From positions 1-42,077 of the forward strand of contig JANMPI010000044.1 in NCBI GenBank assembly GCA_031369785.1: a stretch of DNA of 42,077 nt. The letters run 5' to 3'. Numbering within the stretch: position 1 is the first letter of the stretch; every line of letters begins with the position of its first letter. Under the pieces are notes generated by a model. The model ran no database searches. It saw only the letters and a list, made by a program, of their open reading frames with translations, and was not told the origin of the DNA. A program made the position numbers and the translations under genes. Source of the DNA: Acidobacteriota bacterium. Lineage in GTDB: Bacteria > Acidobacteriota > Vicinamibacteria > Fen-336. Below, piece after piece: positions 1 to 10,271 of the stretch.

Positions 1-900
1 CCCCACCTTCTTCGTCTCCGGCACGAAGTGGACGGGATGCAGGATCTTCCGCAGCACGACGGGCTGCCGCCGCTCGAGCAAGCGCAGCACGTCCTTGATG
101 TAGACGAGGCCGATGACGTTGTCCGGCGTGTCGTCGTAGACCGGGATGCGCGTGTAGCCGCCCTCCACGATCAGGTGCTCCACCTCGCCCGGCGCGGAGC
201 CGACGTCGAGGGCAAAGATCTTCGGCCGCGGGACCATCACCTTCTTCACCGGCGTCTCCGAGAACTCGAAGACGCTGTGGATCAGCTCCTCCTCGGTCTG
301 GTCGAGCACGCCCTGGTGACGGCCCTCGGTGACCATGTGCTTGATCTCCTCCTCGGAGACGAGCAGGTGGTGGCCGATGTCGCGCAGGCGGAAGATCCAG
401 AGCACGCCGCGCGTGGAGGCGGTGAGCACGGCCACGACGCCGCGCGCGAAGCGCGCCAGCCACCAGAGCGGCCCCGCGACCAGCATGGCGACGGTGTCCG
501 TGAAGCGGATGGCCACCGCCTTGGGCACGAGCTCGCCGACGATCAGCTCGACGTACACGATCGCGCCGCCCACGATGAGGGTGGCGGCGAGCGGGACGGG
601 TATCCACGCCGCGATCACCGTCTTCGCCAGCCACGGCTCTACGTGCAGGCTGGCCAGATACCCGCCGAGGACTCCGGCGAGCGTGCCCCCCACGGTCACC
701 CCGATCTGGACCGTGGCGAGGAAGCCGTCCATGTTCGACTGGAGGTCCTTCAGCCGCTTCGCGGACTTGCGGCCCTCGGCGATCAGGGCGTCGATCCGGC
801 TCCGCCGCATCGAGAGGACGGCGATCTCGGAGCCGGAAAAGAAGCCGTTGACCAGCAACGCGGCGACGATGGCCACCACGATCCAGAGGGCCGTTCCCAT
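1..900 (-). CDS. CNNM/TlyC/CorC-family membrane protein (DUF21 + CBS pair), 3' end cut by the window edge
   Basis: Absent from the ORF track because it runs off the edge. Reverse translation from ATG (900-898) gives MGTALWIVVAIVAALLVNGFFSGSEIAVLSMRRSRIDALIAEG... (DUF21 N-terminus, several TM helices). It continues ...ELIHSVFEFSETPVKKVMVPRPKIFALD...GYTRIPVYDDTPDNVIGLVYIKDVL (CBS pair). The + strand ORFs 28..915 and 329..2605 translate to Arg/Gly/His-rich nonsense. Confidence 0.8.
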   Translation of the reverse strand, partial: MGTALWIVVAIVAALLVNGFFSGSEIAVLSMRRSRIDALIAEGRKSAKRLKDLQSNMDGFLATVQIGVTVGGTLAGVLGGYLASLHVEPWLAKTVIAAWIPVPLAATLIVGGAIVYVELIVGELVPKAVAIRFTDTVAMLVAGPLWWLARFARGVVAVLTASTRGVLWIFRLRDIGHHLLVSEEEIKHMVTEGRHQGVLDQTEEELIHSVFEFSETPVKKVMVPRPKIFALDVGSAPGEVEHLIVEGGYTRIPVYDDTPDNVIGLVYIKDVLRLLERRQPVVLRKILHPVHFVPETKKVG

Positions 901-959
901 TGGCGCCGATGTTAGCATTGGGCGTTCGGGTCCCGCGGACGCACATCCAGGAGGCAGAT

Positions 960-2378
960 TTGGCCAGCGAGGAGTTCGATCTCACCGTCATCGGCAGCGG
1001 TCCCGGGGGCTACGTCGCCGCCATCCGCGCGTCGCAGATGGGCCTGAAGACGGCGGTCGTCGAGCGCGATCCGGGCGGCACCGGAGGCACGTGCCTGCTG
1101 CGGGGCTGCATCCCGACCAAGGCCCTGCTCCACACCGCCGACCTCTACGACGAGATGAAGCACGGCAAGGACTACGGGATCCTAGTCGAAGGGCTGAGCC
1201 TCGACTTCGCAGCCGTCCAGAACCGCAAGAACCGCATCGTCAATCGCCTCTCCAAGGGGATCGAGACCTACCTCTTCAAGAAGAACAAGATCACCTTGTT
1301 CAAGGGGCAGGGCCGACTCGAGGGCGGGCGCAGCGTCGTGGTGAAGGGCGAGGGCGGCGAGACCCGCATCAAGACGAAAAACGTCATCCTCGCCACGGGA
1401 TCGAAGCCGCGCAGCATCCCCGGCCTCACGCCGGACGGAAAGTCGATCATCACCTCCGACGAGATCCTGCAGATCGACCACGTGCCGAAGAGCCTGGTCG
1501 TCATCGGCGCGGGCGCGGTGGGAATGGAGTTCGCCTCCATCTTCGCGCGCTTCGGGTCCGCGGTGACGGTGATCGAGATGGCGCCCCGCGTCCTGCCCCT
1601 GGAGGACGAGGAGATCTCCGCCGAGGCCGGGAAGCTGCTGGCCAAGTACATCACCATCCACACCGGGGCCAAGACCGAGGGCGCGCTCAAGGGCGCGCAG
1701 GGCGTCGAGGTCGCGTTCCGGGACGCCAAGGAGACGGCAACGTCCGTCACCGGCGAGGTCCTCCTCGTTGCCGTGGGCCGCGGGCCGGTCACCGACGGCC
1801 TCGGGCTGGAAACGACGAAGGTGCAGCTGGAGCGCGGGTACATCCGCGTGAACGAGCGCATGGAGACGGACGAGCCCGGCGTCTTCGCCATCGGGGACGT
1901 GGTGACGGTGGGCGGCCGGCCGCACGCGCAGCTCGCCCACGTCGCGTCCGCGGAAGGCATCGGCGTGGCCGAACGGCTGGCGGGCAAGAACACCGAGCCC
2001 ATCAACTACGACCACGTGCCGTCGGCGACGTATTGCATGCCGGAGGTCGCGGGCGTCGGCCTCACCGAGGCGGAGGCGAAGAAGCGCGGCTTCGACGTGA
2101 AGGTCGGCCGGTTCAACTTCGGCAACATCGCAAAGCCGCGGATCATCGGGCAGGACGGCGGGTTCGTGAAGGTGATCTCGGAGGGCAAGTACGACGAGGT
2201 CCTCGGCGTGCACATGGTCGGCCCGCACGCCACCGACCTCATCTCCGAGGCGTGCCTCGCGCTGCGCCTCGAGAGCACGAGCGAGGAAATCGCGCGCACC
2301 ATCCACCCGCACCCGACGCTGCCGGAAGCGCTGATGCAGGCCGCCGAGGCGGTGTACGGCCACGCGATCGACGCGTAG
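960..2378 (+). CDS. lpdA: dihydrolipoyl dehydrogenase (E3)
   Basis: ORF 900..2378. Start moved to in-frame TTG 960, 5 nt after AGGAGG (949-954). Contains FAD motif GSGPGGY, redox disulfide GGTCLLRGCIPTK and the C-terminal HPHPTLPE interface motif. Confidence 0.9.
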   Translation: MASEEFDLTVIGSGPGGYVAAIRASQMGLKTAVVERDPGGTGGTCLLRGCIPTKALLHTADLYDEMKHGKDYGILVEGLSLDFAAVQNRKNRIVNRLSKGIETYLFKKNKITLFKGQGRLEGGRSVVVKGEGGETRIKTKNVILATGSKPRSIPGLTPDGKSIITSDEILQIDHVPKSLVVIGAGAVGMEFASIFARFGSAVTVIEMAPRVLPLEDEEISAEAGKLLAKYITIHTGAKTEGALKGAQGVEVAFRDAKETATSVTGEVLLVAVGRGPVTDGLGLETTKVQLERGYIRVNERMETDEPGVFAIGDVVTVGGRPHAQLAHVASAEGIGVAERLAGKNTEPINYDHVPSATYCMPEVAGVGLTEAEAKKRGFDVKVGRFNFGNIAKPRIIGQDGGFVKVISEGKYDEVLGVHMVGPHATDLISEACLALRLESTSEEIARTIHPHPTLPEALMQAAEAVYGHAIDA

Positions 2379-2390
2379 GGTTCTGCGCCG

Positions 2391-3428
2391 GTGAAACCGC
2401 CGGCGGCCGATCTCACCCGCACCCACCTGCTCGAGCTCTATCGATTCATGCGGCTCAACCGCATGGTCGAGGAGAAGCTCACCAACCTCTACCGGCAGGG
2501 CAAGGTGGTGGGCGGTCTGTACCGCAGCCTCGGCCAGGAAGCGTGCTCGGTGGGGAGCGCGTACGCGCTCGAGAAGGGCGACATCTTCACCCCGCTCATC
2601 CGTGACCTCGGCGCCATCTTCGTCATGGGCGGGCAGCCCCGCCACGTCCTCGCCCAGTACATGGCCAAGGCGACGGGGCCCACCGGCGGCCGCGACTTGA
2701 ACACGCACTTCGGGTGGATCACCGAGGACAGCGTGATGCCGTCGGTGATCTCGATGCTCGGCGACATGGTGCCGATCCTCGTGGGCGCGGCCATGGCCGC
2801 GCGCATGCAGGGGAAGCGCTCGGTGGCGCTCAACTGGATCGGCGACGGCGGCACGTCCACGGGCGCGTTCCACGAGGGGCTGAACTTCGCCTGCGTGCAG
2901 AAGGCGCCCTTCGTGCTGATCGTCGAGAACAACAAGTGGGCGTACTCGACGCCGGTGCACAAGCAGACCGCGAACCCGCGCTTCGTCGATCGGGCCCGTG
3001 CCTATGGGTGCTACGGAGAGCAGGTGGACGGCAACGACGTGCTCGCCGTGTACGAGGTGACGCGCCGCGCTCTCGATCGCGCGCGCAGCGGGCAGGGCCC
3101 GACACTCATCGAGGCGGACACGATGCGGATGCGCGGGCACGCCGAGCACGACGACATGAAGTACGTGCCGCGGGAGATGCTCGACGACTGGGCGAAGAAG
3201 GATCCGATCCTCCGCTACGAGCGCCGTCTCACCGGGAGCGGGATGGCGACCCAGGACGACCTCGCCGCCATCGTCACCGCGCTCGACACGCAACTCCAGG
3301 ACGACCTGGCCTGGGCGGAGGCGAGCCCGATGCCGGAGCCGACCGACGGCATGTCGCGCGTCTACGGCGATCGCGAGGTCGCGCATCCCACTCCCCCGCT
3401 GGTCGCGGAGTGGGAGAAGCGCCGCTAG
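2391..3428 (+). CDS. TPP-dependent 2-oxoacid dehydrogenase E1 alpha subunit (branched-chain/pyruvate/acetoin type)
   Basis: ORF 2391..3428. Contains LYRFMRLNRMVEEK, YRSLGQEA, TPP motif GDGGTSTGAFHEGLNFA, VENNKWAYSTP and RMRGHAEHDD. Confidence 0.85.
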   Translation: MKPPAADLTRTHLLELYRFMRLNRMVEEKLTNLYRQGKVVGGLYRSLGQEACSVGSAYALEKGDIFTPLIRDLGAIFVMGGQPRHVLAQYMAKATGPTGGRDLNTHFGWITEDSVMPSVISMLGDMVPILVGAAMAARMQGKRSVALNWIGDGGTSTGAFHEGLNFACVQKAPFVLIVENNKWAYSTPVHKQTANPRFVDRARAYGCYGEQVDGNDVLAVYEVTRRALDRARSGQGPTLIEADTMRMRGHAEHDDMKYVPREMLDDWAKKDPILRYERRLTGSGMATQDDLAAIVTALDTQLQDDLAWAEASPMPEPTDGMSRVYGDREVAHPTPPLVAEWEKRR

Positions 3429-4402
3429 TGCCCATCCTCACGTATCTGGAGGCGATCCGGCAGGCCATGCTCGAGGAGATGGACCGCGACCCGCGCGTGT
3501 TCGTCATCGGCGAGGACGTCGGCACGTACGGCGGGGCGTTCCGCGTCACCGCCGGGTTCCTCGAGCGGTTCGGCGAGACGCGGGTCATCGACACGCCGAT
3601 CAGCGAGTCGGCGATCATCGGCGCGTCCATCGGCGCCGCGCTCATGGGCATGCGCCCGATCGCGGAGATGCAGTTCATCGACTTCATCTCCTGCGGCTTC
3701 GACCAGATCGTGAACTACGCGGCCAAGAGCCGATACCGCTGGGGCGGCGGCGTGCCCATGGTCATCCGCGGGCCGGCCGGCGGCGGCGTACACGGCGGCC
3801 CCTTCCACAGCCAGAACCCCGAGAGCTATTTCATGAACGTTCCGGGGCTGAAAATCGTCGCCCCCGGCACACCCACCGACGCCAAGGGATTGATGACGGC
3901 GGCCATGCGCGACCCCGATCCCGTGCTCTACCTCGAGCACAAGTTCCTGTACCGGCGGCTGAAGGAAGAGATCCCCGACGGCGAGCTCGTCGTGCCCATC
4001 GGAAAGGCAAAGGTCGCGCGGGCGGGCAAGGACGTCTCGATCATCACCTACGCGGCGATGCTGCAGGTGGCGCTGGAGGCGGCGACCGCGGCGGAGGCGG
4101 ACGGCATCAGCGTCGAGGTGCTGGACCTGCGCACGCTGCTGCCGCTGGACGTGGACGCGATCCTCGCCACCGCGGGCCGGACGGGCAAGGTCGTCGTCCT
4201 GCACGAGGCGACCCTCACCGGCGGCCCCGGCGGCGAGATCTCGGCGCTGATCGCGGAGCGCGCCTTCGAGTACCTGGACGCTCCGGTCGTACGCATGGCG
4301 CCCCCGGACACGCCGGTGCCCTATTCCCCGCCGCTCGAGGAGTATTTCCTGCCGAACGCGGCGAAAGTGGGCAAGGCCATACGCGCGCTCTATGATTACT
4401 GA
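3428..4402 (+). CDS. 2-oxoacid dehydrogenase E1 beta subunit
   Basis: In-frame GTG at 3428 shares 1 nt with the E1-alpha TAG. Sequence VPILTYLEAIRQAMLEEMDRDPRVFVIGEDVGTYGGAFRVT...IDTPISESAIIG is typical of E1 beta. The upstream part of ORF 2714..4402 is the wrong frame over E1 alpha. Confidence 0.85.
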   Translation: MPILTYLEAIRQAMLEEMDRDPRVFVIGEDVGTYGGAFRVTAGFLERFGETRVIDTPISESAIIGASIGAALMGMRPIAEMQFIDFISCGFDQIVNYAAKSRYRWGGGVPMVIRGPAGGGVHGGPFHSQNPESYFMNVPGLKIVAPGTPTDAKGLMTAAMRDPDPVLYLEHKFLYRRLKEEIPDGELVVPIGKAKVARAGKDVSIITYAAMLQVALEAATAAEADGISVEVLDLRTLLPLDVDAILATAGRTGKVVVLHEATLTGGPGGEISALIAERAFEYLDAPVVRMAPPDTPVPYSPPLEEYFLPNAAKVGKAIRALYDY

Positions 4403-4435
4403 GCAGCCGTCGTTTTCATCGAGAGGATGCTGTCA

Positions 4436-5902
4436 ATGACCGACGTCATCATGCCCCAGATGGGCGAGTCCATCGCCGAGGGCACCATCACCAAGTGGAT
4501 GAAGAAGGTCGGCGACACCGTCGAGCGCGACGAGCCGCTGTTCGAGATCTCCACCGACAAGGTGGACGCCGAGATCCCCGCCCCCGCGGCGGGCGTGCTG
4601 CAGGAGATCCTGGTCGAGCCGGGCGCGACCGTCGCCATCAACACCGTGGTGGGGAGGATCGGCGCGGCGGGCGGTGCGGCGGCGAGTGCTCCCGCCGCCG
4701 GCGCGCAACCGGCTGCGCCTGCTGCGTCGGCAGGTCCTGCGGCGTCGGCTGCGCCTGCTGCGCCTCCTGCGCCTGCCGCGTCGACGCCCGCGGCTCCGGT
4801 GCCGTCGGCGCCGTCAGCATCCGCGCCTCCGCCCGTCGCACCGGGCACCGCGGCCAGACCAAAGGAGACGCCGCAGTCCGACGGCGGCTCGACCGCGTCG
4901 CCGTCCTCGTCGCAAGCGACGAGCCCCACGGCTCCTTCGCCAGCATCTGTTGCGCCGGAAAAGCCGCGCAGCGAGATGACCGTCGACGAGCTGCGGCAGA
5001 CGCGCTCGTCACCCGTCGTGCGCAAGATCGCCGCCGAGCACAACGTCGACATCCGACAAATTCCGGGGACGGGGATCGCCGGCCGCGTGACGAAGAACGA
5101 CATCCTCGGTCACATCGAGACGCGCCCGGCCGACGCCCCCGACCGGCCGCAACCGGTGGCGCCGTCCTCCGCGCCCGCCACGCCCTTCGTGCCCGCCTAT
5201 CAGCAGGGCGAGCGGATCGAGGTCGTGCCCATGTCGCCCATCCGCCGCAAGACGGCGGAGCACATGGTCCTCTCCAAGCGCATCTCCGCCCATGTCACCA
5301 CCGTCTTCGAGATGGAGCTGACGCGGGTCGATCAGCTGCGCAAGAAATACCGCCAGCAGTACGAGGAGCGGAGCGGGGTGAAGCTCACCTACCTGCCGTT
5401 CATCCTCAAGGCCACGGTGGACGCGATCAAGGCCTTCCCCATCGTCAACTCCAGCGTGGAGGGCGACTCGATCGTCCACAAGAAGGACATCAACATCGGG
5501 ATCGCGGTGGCGCTCGACTGGGGGCTCATCGTCCCCATCATCCGGAACGCCGACGAGAAGAACATCCTCGGGCTGGCCCGCGCCGTCAACGATCTCGCCG
5601 AGCGCGCGCGGGGCAAGAAGCTGAAGGTGGACGAAGTCCAGGGCGGCACGTTCACGGTCACGAACCCCGGCGTATTCGGATCGCTGTTCGGCACCCCGAT
5701 CATCAACCAGCCGCAGGTGGCGATCCTCGGCATCGGGACGATCGAGAAGCGCGCCGTCGTCCGTGACGACGCCATCGCCATCCGCACCATGGCCTTCTTC
5801 GCGCTCAGCTTCGACCATCGGATCGTGGACGGCGCGGACGCGGACAAGTTCATGGCCCACATCAAGAAGGGCCTCCAGGAGTTCGACGAATCGGCGCTGT
5901 GA
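4436..5902 (+). CDS. dihydrolipoamide acyltransferase (E2)
   Basis: Lipoyl domain (EISTDKVDAEIP), long Ala/Pro/Ser linker and a peripheral-subunit-binding domain (SSPVVRKIAAEHNVDIRQIPGTGIAGRVTKNDI). The catalytic domain carries SFDHRIVDG. Start set at the second ATG (4436), 9 nt after GAGAGG. ATG 4427 is the alternative. Confidence 0.85.
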   Translation: MTDVIMPQMGESIAEGTITKWMKKVGDTVERDEPLFEISTDKVDAEIPAPAAGVLQEILVEPGATVAINTVVGRIGAAGGAAASAPAAGAQPAAPAASAGPAASAAPAAPPAPAASTPAAPVPSAPSASAPPPVAPGTAARPKETPQSDGGSTASPSSSQATSPTAPSPASVAPEKPRSEMTVDELRQTRSSPVVRKIAAEHNVDIRQIPGTGIAGRVTKNDILGHIETRPADAPDRPQPVAPSSAPATPFVPAYQQGERIEVVPMSPIRRKTAEHMVLSKRISAHVTTVFEMELTRVDQLRKKYRQQYEERSGVKLTYLPFILKATVDAIKAFPIVNSSVEGDSIVHKKDINIGIAVALDWGLIVPIIRNADEKNILGLARAVNDLAERARGKKLKVDEVQGGTFTVTNPGVFGSLFGTPIINQPQVAILGIGTIEKRAVVRDDAIAIRTMAFFALSFDHRIVDGADADKFMAHIKKGLQEFDESAL

Positions 5903-6552
5903 GATCTCCGCTCCTCGTCCGCCACCTCGGGCGGGTTCCGTACGCCGAGGGATTGCAGATCCAGGAGCAGCTCGTCGCCGAGCGGCAGGCGGGCCGGATC
6001 GTCGACGTCCTCCTGCTGCTCGAGCATGACCCCGTCTTCACCATGGGCCGCAACGCGCAGGCGGAGAACGTGCTGCTGTCGAAGGACGCGCTGGAGGCGA
6101 AGGGCTTCCAACTCTTCGAGACCGGCCGCGGCGGCGACGTCACCTACCACGGGCCGGGGCAGGTGATCGGCTATCCGATCCTCGAGCTGCCGCCGGACCG
6201 CCGCGACGTCCACCGCTACGTCCGTGACCTCGAGGAAGTGATGATCCGCGCCTGCGCCGACTACGGTGTCGCGGCCACGCGCATCGGCGGCAAGACGGGC
6301 GTCTGGGTGGGCACGGAGAAGGTGGGCGCCATCGGGGTGCGCATCGCGCGCTGGGTGACGTCGCACGGCTTCGCCCTGAACGTGGCCAACGACCTCGAGC
6401 CGTTCGCGTTGATCGTGCCCTGCGGGATCCGTGACCACGGCGTGACCAGCCTGGCCAGGCTCGTCGGCCGCGACGTCACGTCGGGCGAAGCGGCGGACCG
6501 CCTGTCCGTCCATTTCGCCGAGGTGTTCAACGTCGAGATCGTCGCCGGCTGA
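5899..6552 (+). CDS. lipB: octanoyltransferase
   Basis: GTG 5899 overlaps the E2 stop (GTGA). Contains LLLLEHDPVFTMGRNA, RGGDVTYHGPGQ, KVGAIGVRI, HGFALNV and PCG. Confidence 0.9.
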   Translation: MRSPLLVRHLGRVPYAEGLQIQEQLVAERQAGRIVDVLLLLEHDPVFTMGRNAQAENVLLSKDALEAKGFQLFETGRGGDVTYHGPGQVIGYPILELPPDRRDVHRYVRDLEEVMIRACADYGVAATRIGGKTGVWVGTEKVGAIGVRIARWVTSHGFALNVANDLEPFALIVPCGIRDHGVTSLARLVGRDVTSGEAADRLSVHFAEVFNVEIVAG

Positions 6553-6650
6553 CTCCGGGCCCGCCAAAAAACCACTCCCGATTCCCCGCCGGCCGTCTTT
6601 TCGTGGGCAAGATGGTTGGAGCCCGTCCACCATCCATCAGGAGAAGATCC

Positions 6651-8987
6651 ATGGCCAACGCCCCGCGCAAGCCCGCCCGCAAGACGCCGAACACACCAGG
6701 CGCGACTCCACCACCGCCCGACAGCGCCCGGAAGGACATCGAGCAGCGTGCGGGTGCGCCCGGCCAGCCGACGTCGTCGAAGCCGATGGAGCCCGGCGCC
6801 AAGGCGCCGCCCCCGTCGCCGAAGCCCCGCCGCGCGAGCGCGAAGATCGCCGACCTGGAGCAAAACCGCGAGAACGCGGACGGCGCCGCGCTCACCACCG
6901 CCACCGGGGTGAAGATCGAGGACGACCAGAACTCGCTGAAGGCCGGCGTCCGCGGCTCCTCGCTGATGGAGGACTTCCACCTCCGCGAGAAGATCACGCA
7001 CTTCGACCACGAGCGGATCCCCGAGCGCATCGTGCACGCCCGCGGGAGCGGCGCGCACGGCTTCTTCCAGGTCTACGAGCCGCTCGGCAAGTGGACGAGC
7101 GCCGGTTTCCTGAACGATCCACAGCGGCGCACGCCGGTCTTCGTGCGCTTCTCCACCGTGGCCGGCTCGCGCGGCTCCAGCGACCTCGCCCGCGACGCGC
7201 GCGGCTTCGCGGTGAAGTTCTACACCGAGGAAGGGAACTTCGACCTCGTGGGCAACAACATCCCCGTCTTCTTCATCCAGGACGCGGTGAAGTTCCCCGA
7301 CTTCGTCCACTCCGTGAAGCCGGAGCCGCACAACGAGATGCCGCAGGCGGCCTCGGCCCACGACACCTTCTGGGACTTCATCTCCCTGATGCCGGAATCG
7401 GCGCACATGATCATGTGGGTGATGTCGGACCGCGCCATCCCGCGCAGCTACCGGATGATGGAGGGCTTCGGGGTCCACACCTTCCGCTTCGTCAACGACC
7501 GCGGCCAGGCGCGCTTCGTGAAGTTCCACTGGAAGCCGCTGCTCGGCCTGCACCAGGTGGTCTGGGACGAGGCGCAGAAGATCTCGGGCAAGGACCCGGA
7601 CTTCCACCGCCGCGACCTGTGGGACGCCATCGCCAGCGGCAACTTCCCGGAGTACGAGCTCGGGGTGCAGATCGTCGAGGAGAAGGACGAGCACAAGTTC
7701 GACTTCGACCTCCTCGACGCGACCAAGCTCATCCCCGAGGAGCTGGTTCCGGTGCAGCGCATCGGCAAGCTGACCCTCGACCGCAACCCCGACAACTTCT
7801 TCGCGGAGACGGAGCAGGTGGCGTTCCACGTCGGCCACCTCGTCCCCGGCATCGACGTCACCGAGGACCCCCTGATGCAGGGGCGCCTCTTCTCGTATCT
7901 CGACACCCAGCTCATCCGACTCGGCGGCCCGAACTTCAACGAGATCCCGATCAACCGCCCCGTGGCGCCCGTGCACACCCTGCAGCGCGACGGACACATG
8001 CGCCAGGAGATCAACCAGGGGCGCGTCGCCTATGAGCCCAACTCGCTCGGCGGGGGCTGCCCCTTCCAGTCCGCGATGAAGGACGGCGGCTTCCGCACCG
8101 TCCCCCGCGCGGTAGAGGGAACGAAGATCCGCAGCGCGCGCCCGGAGAAGTTCTTCGACCACTTCTCGCAGGCGCGGATGTTCTTCATCAGCCAGACCGC
8201 ACCCGAGCAGCAGCACATCGTCGATGCCCTGCAGTTCGAGCTCGGCAAGCTGACCGTGCCCGCGATCCGCGAGCGCATGGTGGCGATCCTGGGGATGATC
8301 CACGACGGGCTGGCGGGCAAGGTCGCGGAGGGGCTCGGCCTCCCGCGGGTCCCGAAGATCGAGGGCCCGATCAACCTCGGCTTCCCCGCGGGCGTGAACC
8401 CTCGCGACTGGCAGCCCCGGCCGGTGAACGCGAGCGTGAAGCCGTCACCGGCCCTGAGCATGGCCAACCTCCCGGGCGACGCGGTGAAGACGCGGCAGGT
8501 CGCGATCGTCTTCGGCGAAGGAAGCGACGGGGCGGCGATCGGGGCGATGCAGAAGGCCCTCGCCGCCGCCGGCGCGCAGGGGCGGCTGGTGGGACAGCGC
8601 CTCGGCCCCATCCCCACCACCACCGGCGATCTCGCCCCGGAGTTCAGCGTGTTCACGACGAGCTCGGTGCTGTTCGACGCCGTCTTCGTGCCCGGCGGTC
8701 CCGGGGCGGAAGAGCTGGCATCGGACCCGATGGCGCTAGACTTCGTCTGCGAGGCGTTCAAGCACTACAAGCCCGTCGCCGCCACCGGCGCCGGTGCGCT
8801 GATTCTGGACGCGGCGGGTGTCACCGGGGCGAAGGCGCATCCCAAGGCCGGGCCCGACGCCGATCCCGCGGCGGGCGTGGTGCGCGGGACGGACGCGCAG
8901 GCGGCCCGGGTGGCCCGGGACTTCGTGGCCGTGCTCGGCACGGGCCGTCAGTGGGCGCGGGGTTTGAAGCCGCCGATACTCGCCTGA
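6651..8987 (+). CDS. katE: large-subunit (HPII-type) monofunctional heme catalase
   Basis: ATG 6651 lies 6 nt after AGGAGA (6639-6644). Catalase core: [51 protein letters not shown]. About 778 aa, with a Pro/Ala/Lys-rich N-terminal extension and a C-terminal DJ-1/flavodoxin-like extension as in large-subunit catalases. Confidence 0.9.
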   Translation: MANAPRKPARKTPNTPGATPPPPDSARKDIEQRAGAPGQPTSSKPMEPGAKAPPPSPKPRRASAKIADLEQNRENADGAALTTATGVKIEDDQNSLKAGVRGSSLMEDFHLREKITHFDHERIPERIVHARGSGAHGFFQVYEPLGKWTSAGFLNDPQRRTPVFVRFSTVAGSRGSSDLARDARGFAVKFYTEEGNFDLVGNNIPVFFIQDAVKFPDFVHSVKPEPHNEMPQAASAHDTFWDFISLMPESAHMIMWVMSDRAIPRSYRMMEGFGVHTFRFVNDRGQARFVKFHWKPLLGLHQVVWDEAQKISGKDPDFHRRDLWDAIASGNFPEYELGVQIVEEKDEHKFDFDLLDATKLIPEELVPVQRIGKLTLDRNPDNFFAETEQVAFHVGHLVPGIDVTEDPLMQGRLFSYLDTQLIRLGGPNFNEIPINRPVAPVHTLQRDGHMRQEINQGRVAYEPNSLGGGCPFQSAMKDGGFRTVPRAVEGTKIRSARPEKFFDHFSQARMFFISQTAPEQQHIVDALQFELGKLTVPAIRERMVAILGMIHDGLAGKVAEGLGLPRVPKIEGPINLGFPAGVNPRDWQPRPVNASVKPSPALSMANLPGDAVKTRQVAIVFGEGSDGAAIGAMQKALAAAGAQGRLVGQRLGPIPTTTGDLAPEFSVFTTSSVLFDAVFVPGGPGAEELASDPMALDFVCEAFKHYKPVAATGAGALILDAAGVTGAKAHPKAGPDADPAAGVVRGTDAQAARVARDFVAVLGTGRQWARGLKPPILA

Positions 8988-9012
8988 TCGCCTCATCGTT
9001 CGTACCGCTTCC

Positions 9013-10230
9013 ATGAGGGCGACCGTGCGGCGCGACCTCCGCACCGGGACGCCGGTCTGGCTCCGCCGCGGCGGTGCCCGTGTGCATGCCCTGCCGCTGG
9101 CGCGGAACATCAGGGCCGACATCGCCATCGTCGGCGCGGGCGTCACGGGCGCGCTGGTAGCGGACGCGCTCCTTTCGACGGGAAAGAGCATCGTCGTGCT
9201 GGACCGGCGCGGACCCGGGAAGGGGTCCACGGCGGCCAGCACGGCTCTTCTCCAATTCGAGCTGGACCAGCCCCTCACCCACCTGACCCGGAAGATCGGG
9301 CGCGCCCGCGCGGCTCGCGCCTACTGGCGGTCGGCGGCCGCAGTCGATTACCTGCGGGGGCGAATCGCGGACCTCGGATTGCGGTGCGGCTTCCAGGACC
9401 GCCTTTCGGTGTACCTGCCGGGAAACGTGCTCGACCTCGCGGGCCTCCGAAGGGAAGCGGAGCAAAGGGCGCGCATCGGACTGCGGTCGCGGTTCATCGA
9501 CCGGGATTTGTTGCGGGCCTTCACCACGATCGAGAAGCCGGGCGCGATCCTCTCCAGCGGCGCGGGCGAAGTGGACCCGGTCGTCCTCGTCGCAGGGCTG
9601 TGGCGCTCTGCCCTCTCACGCGGCGCAGAGATCTACGCACCGGCCGACGTCGTCGACGTCGACCCCGGGCGGTCCTCCGTGATCCTGACCACCGCCGATG
9701 GACTCGAGGTCCGCGCCGGTCATGTGGTCTTCGCGACGGGATACGAGCACCTCGCCCTCGTCAAACCGAAAAAGCACCAGGTCGTCTCGACGTGGGCGCT
9801 GGCCACGGCCCCCCAGCCGGACCGCGTGTGGCCGAGTCGCTGCCTCATCTGGGAAGCCTCCGATCCCTACCTCTATCTGCGCACCACCAACGACGGCCGG
9901 ATCCTGGTGGGCGGCGCGGACGAGGAGTTCTCGGACGAGCGGAAGCGCGATGCGTTGATCCCGGCGAAGATCAAGGTCATCCGCCGCCGGCTCGAGTCCT
10001 TGTTGCCGGGGGTGGACAGCGCGCCGGAGTTCTCCTGGGCCGGCTGCTTCGGCACCAGCGACACCGGCCTGCCGTCCATCGGTACCGTGCCCGGCGCCCG
10101 CCGCTGCTTCGCCGTGCTCGGCTACGGCGGCAACGGGATCACGTTCGCGACCATCGCCGCGCAGCTGATCCAGAGGGCGGTGGTCGGGTTGCCGGACCCG
10201 GACGAGGACCTCTTCGCCTTTGCGGCCTGA
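9013..10230 (+). CDS. FAD-dependent oxidoreductase (DAO family)
   Basis: ORF 9013..10230. N-terminal Rossmann motif DIAIVGAGVTGAL...VVLDRR and C-terminal GYGGNGITFA. Substrate not assignable from sequence. Confidence 0.75.
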   Translation: MRATVRRDLRTGTPVWLRRGGARVHALPLARNIRADIAIVGAGVTGALVADALLSTGKSIVVLDRRGPGKGSTAASTALLQFELDQPLTHLTRKIGRARAARAYWRSAAAVDYLRGRIADLGLRCGFQDRLSVYLPGNVLDLAGLRREAEQRARIGLRSRFIDRDLLRAFTTIEKPGAILSSGAGEVDPVVLVAGLWRSALSRGAEIYAPADVVDVDPGRSSVILTTADGLEVRAGHVVFATGYEHLALVKPKKHQVVSTWALATAPQPDRVWPSRCLIWEASDPYLYLRTTNDGRILVGGADEEFSDERKRDALIPAKIKVIRRRLESLLPGVDSAPEFSWAGCFGTSDTGLPSIGTVPGARRCFAVLGYGGNGITFATIAAQLIQRAVVGLPDPDEDLFAFAA

Positions 10231-10271
10231 GCGGCCGGCGGCGCCGCGCTCGACGCTCGTCGCGCGCGGGA

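Noticed and set aside
1182-3386. 734-aa minus-strand ORF spanning the lpdA/E1-alpha region. Similar very long ORFs occur at 329..2605 (+), 6261..8303 (-), 9384..11309 (+), 9616..11211 (-), 20209..22923 (-), 25773..27824 (-), 30971..33100 (+) and 36584..38506 (-).
   Set aside because: They are antisense or out of frame to genes with unmistakable family motifs. Their translations are Arg/Gly/Pro/His/Asp-rich low-complexity strings with no recognisable domains. Stop-poor alternative frames are expected at this GC content.
10229-10255. GC-rich imperfect inverted repeat (GAGCGGCCGGCGGCGCCGCGCTC) between the convergent FAD oxidoreductase and GAF genes, considered as a bidirectional terminator.
   Set aside because: Only the outer 5 bp pair cleanly. 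The interior needs bulges, and there is no flanking T/A tract. It is indistinguishable from chance in this composition.
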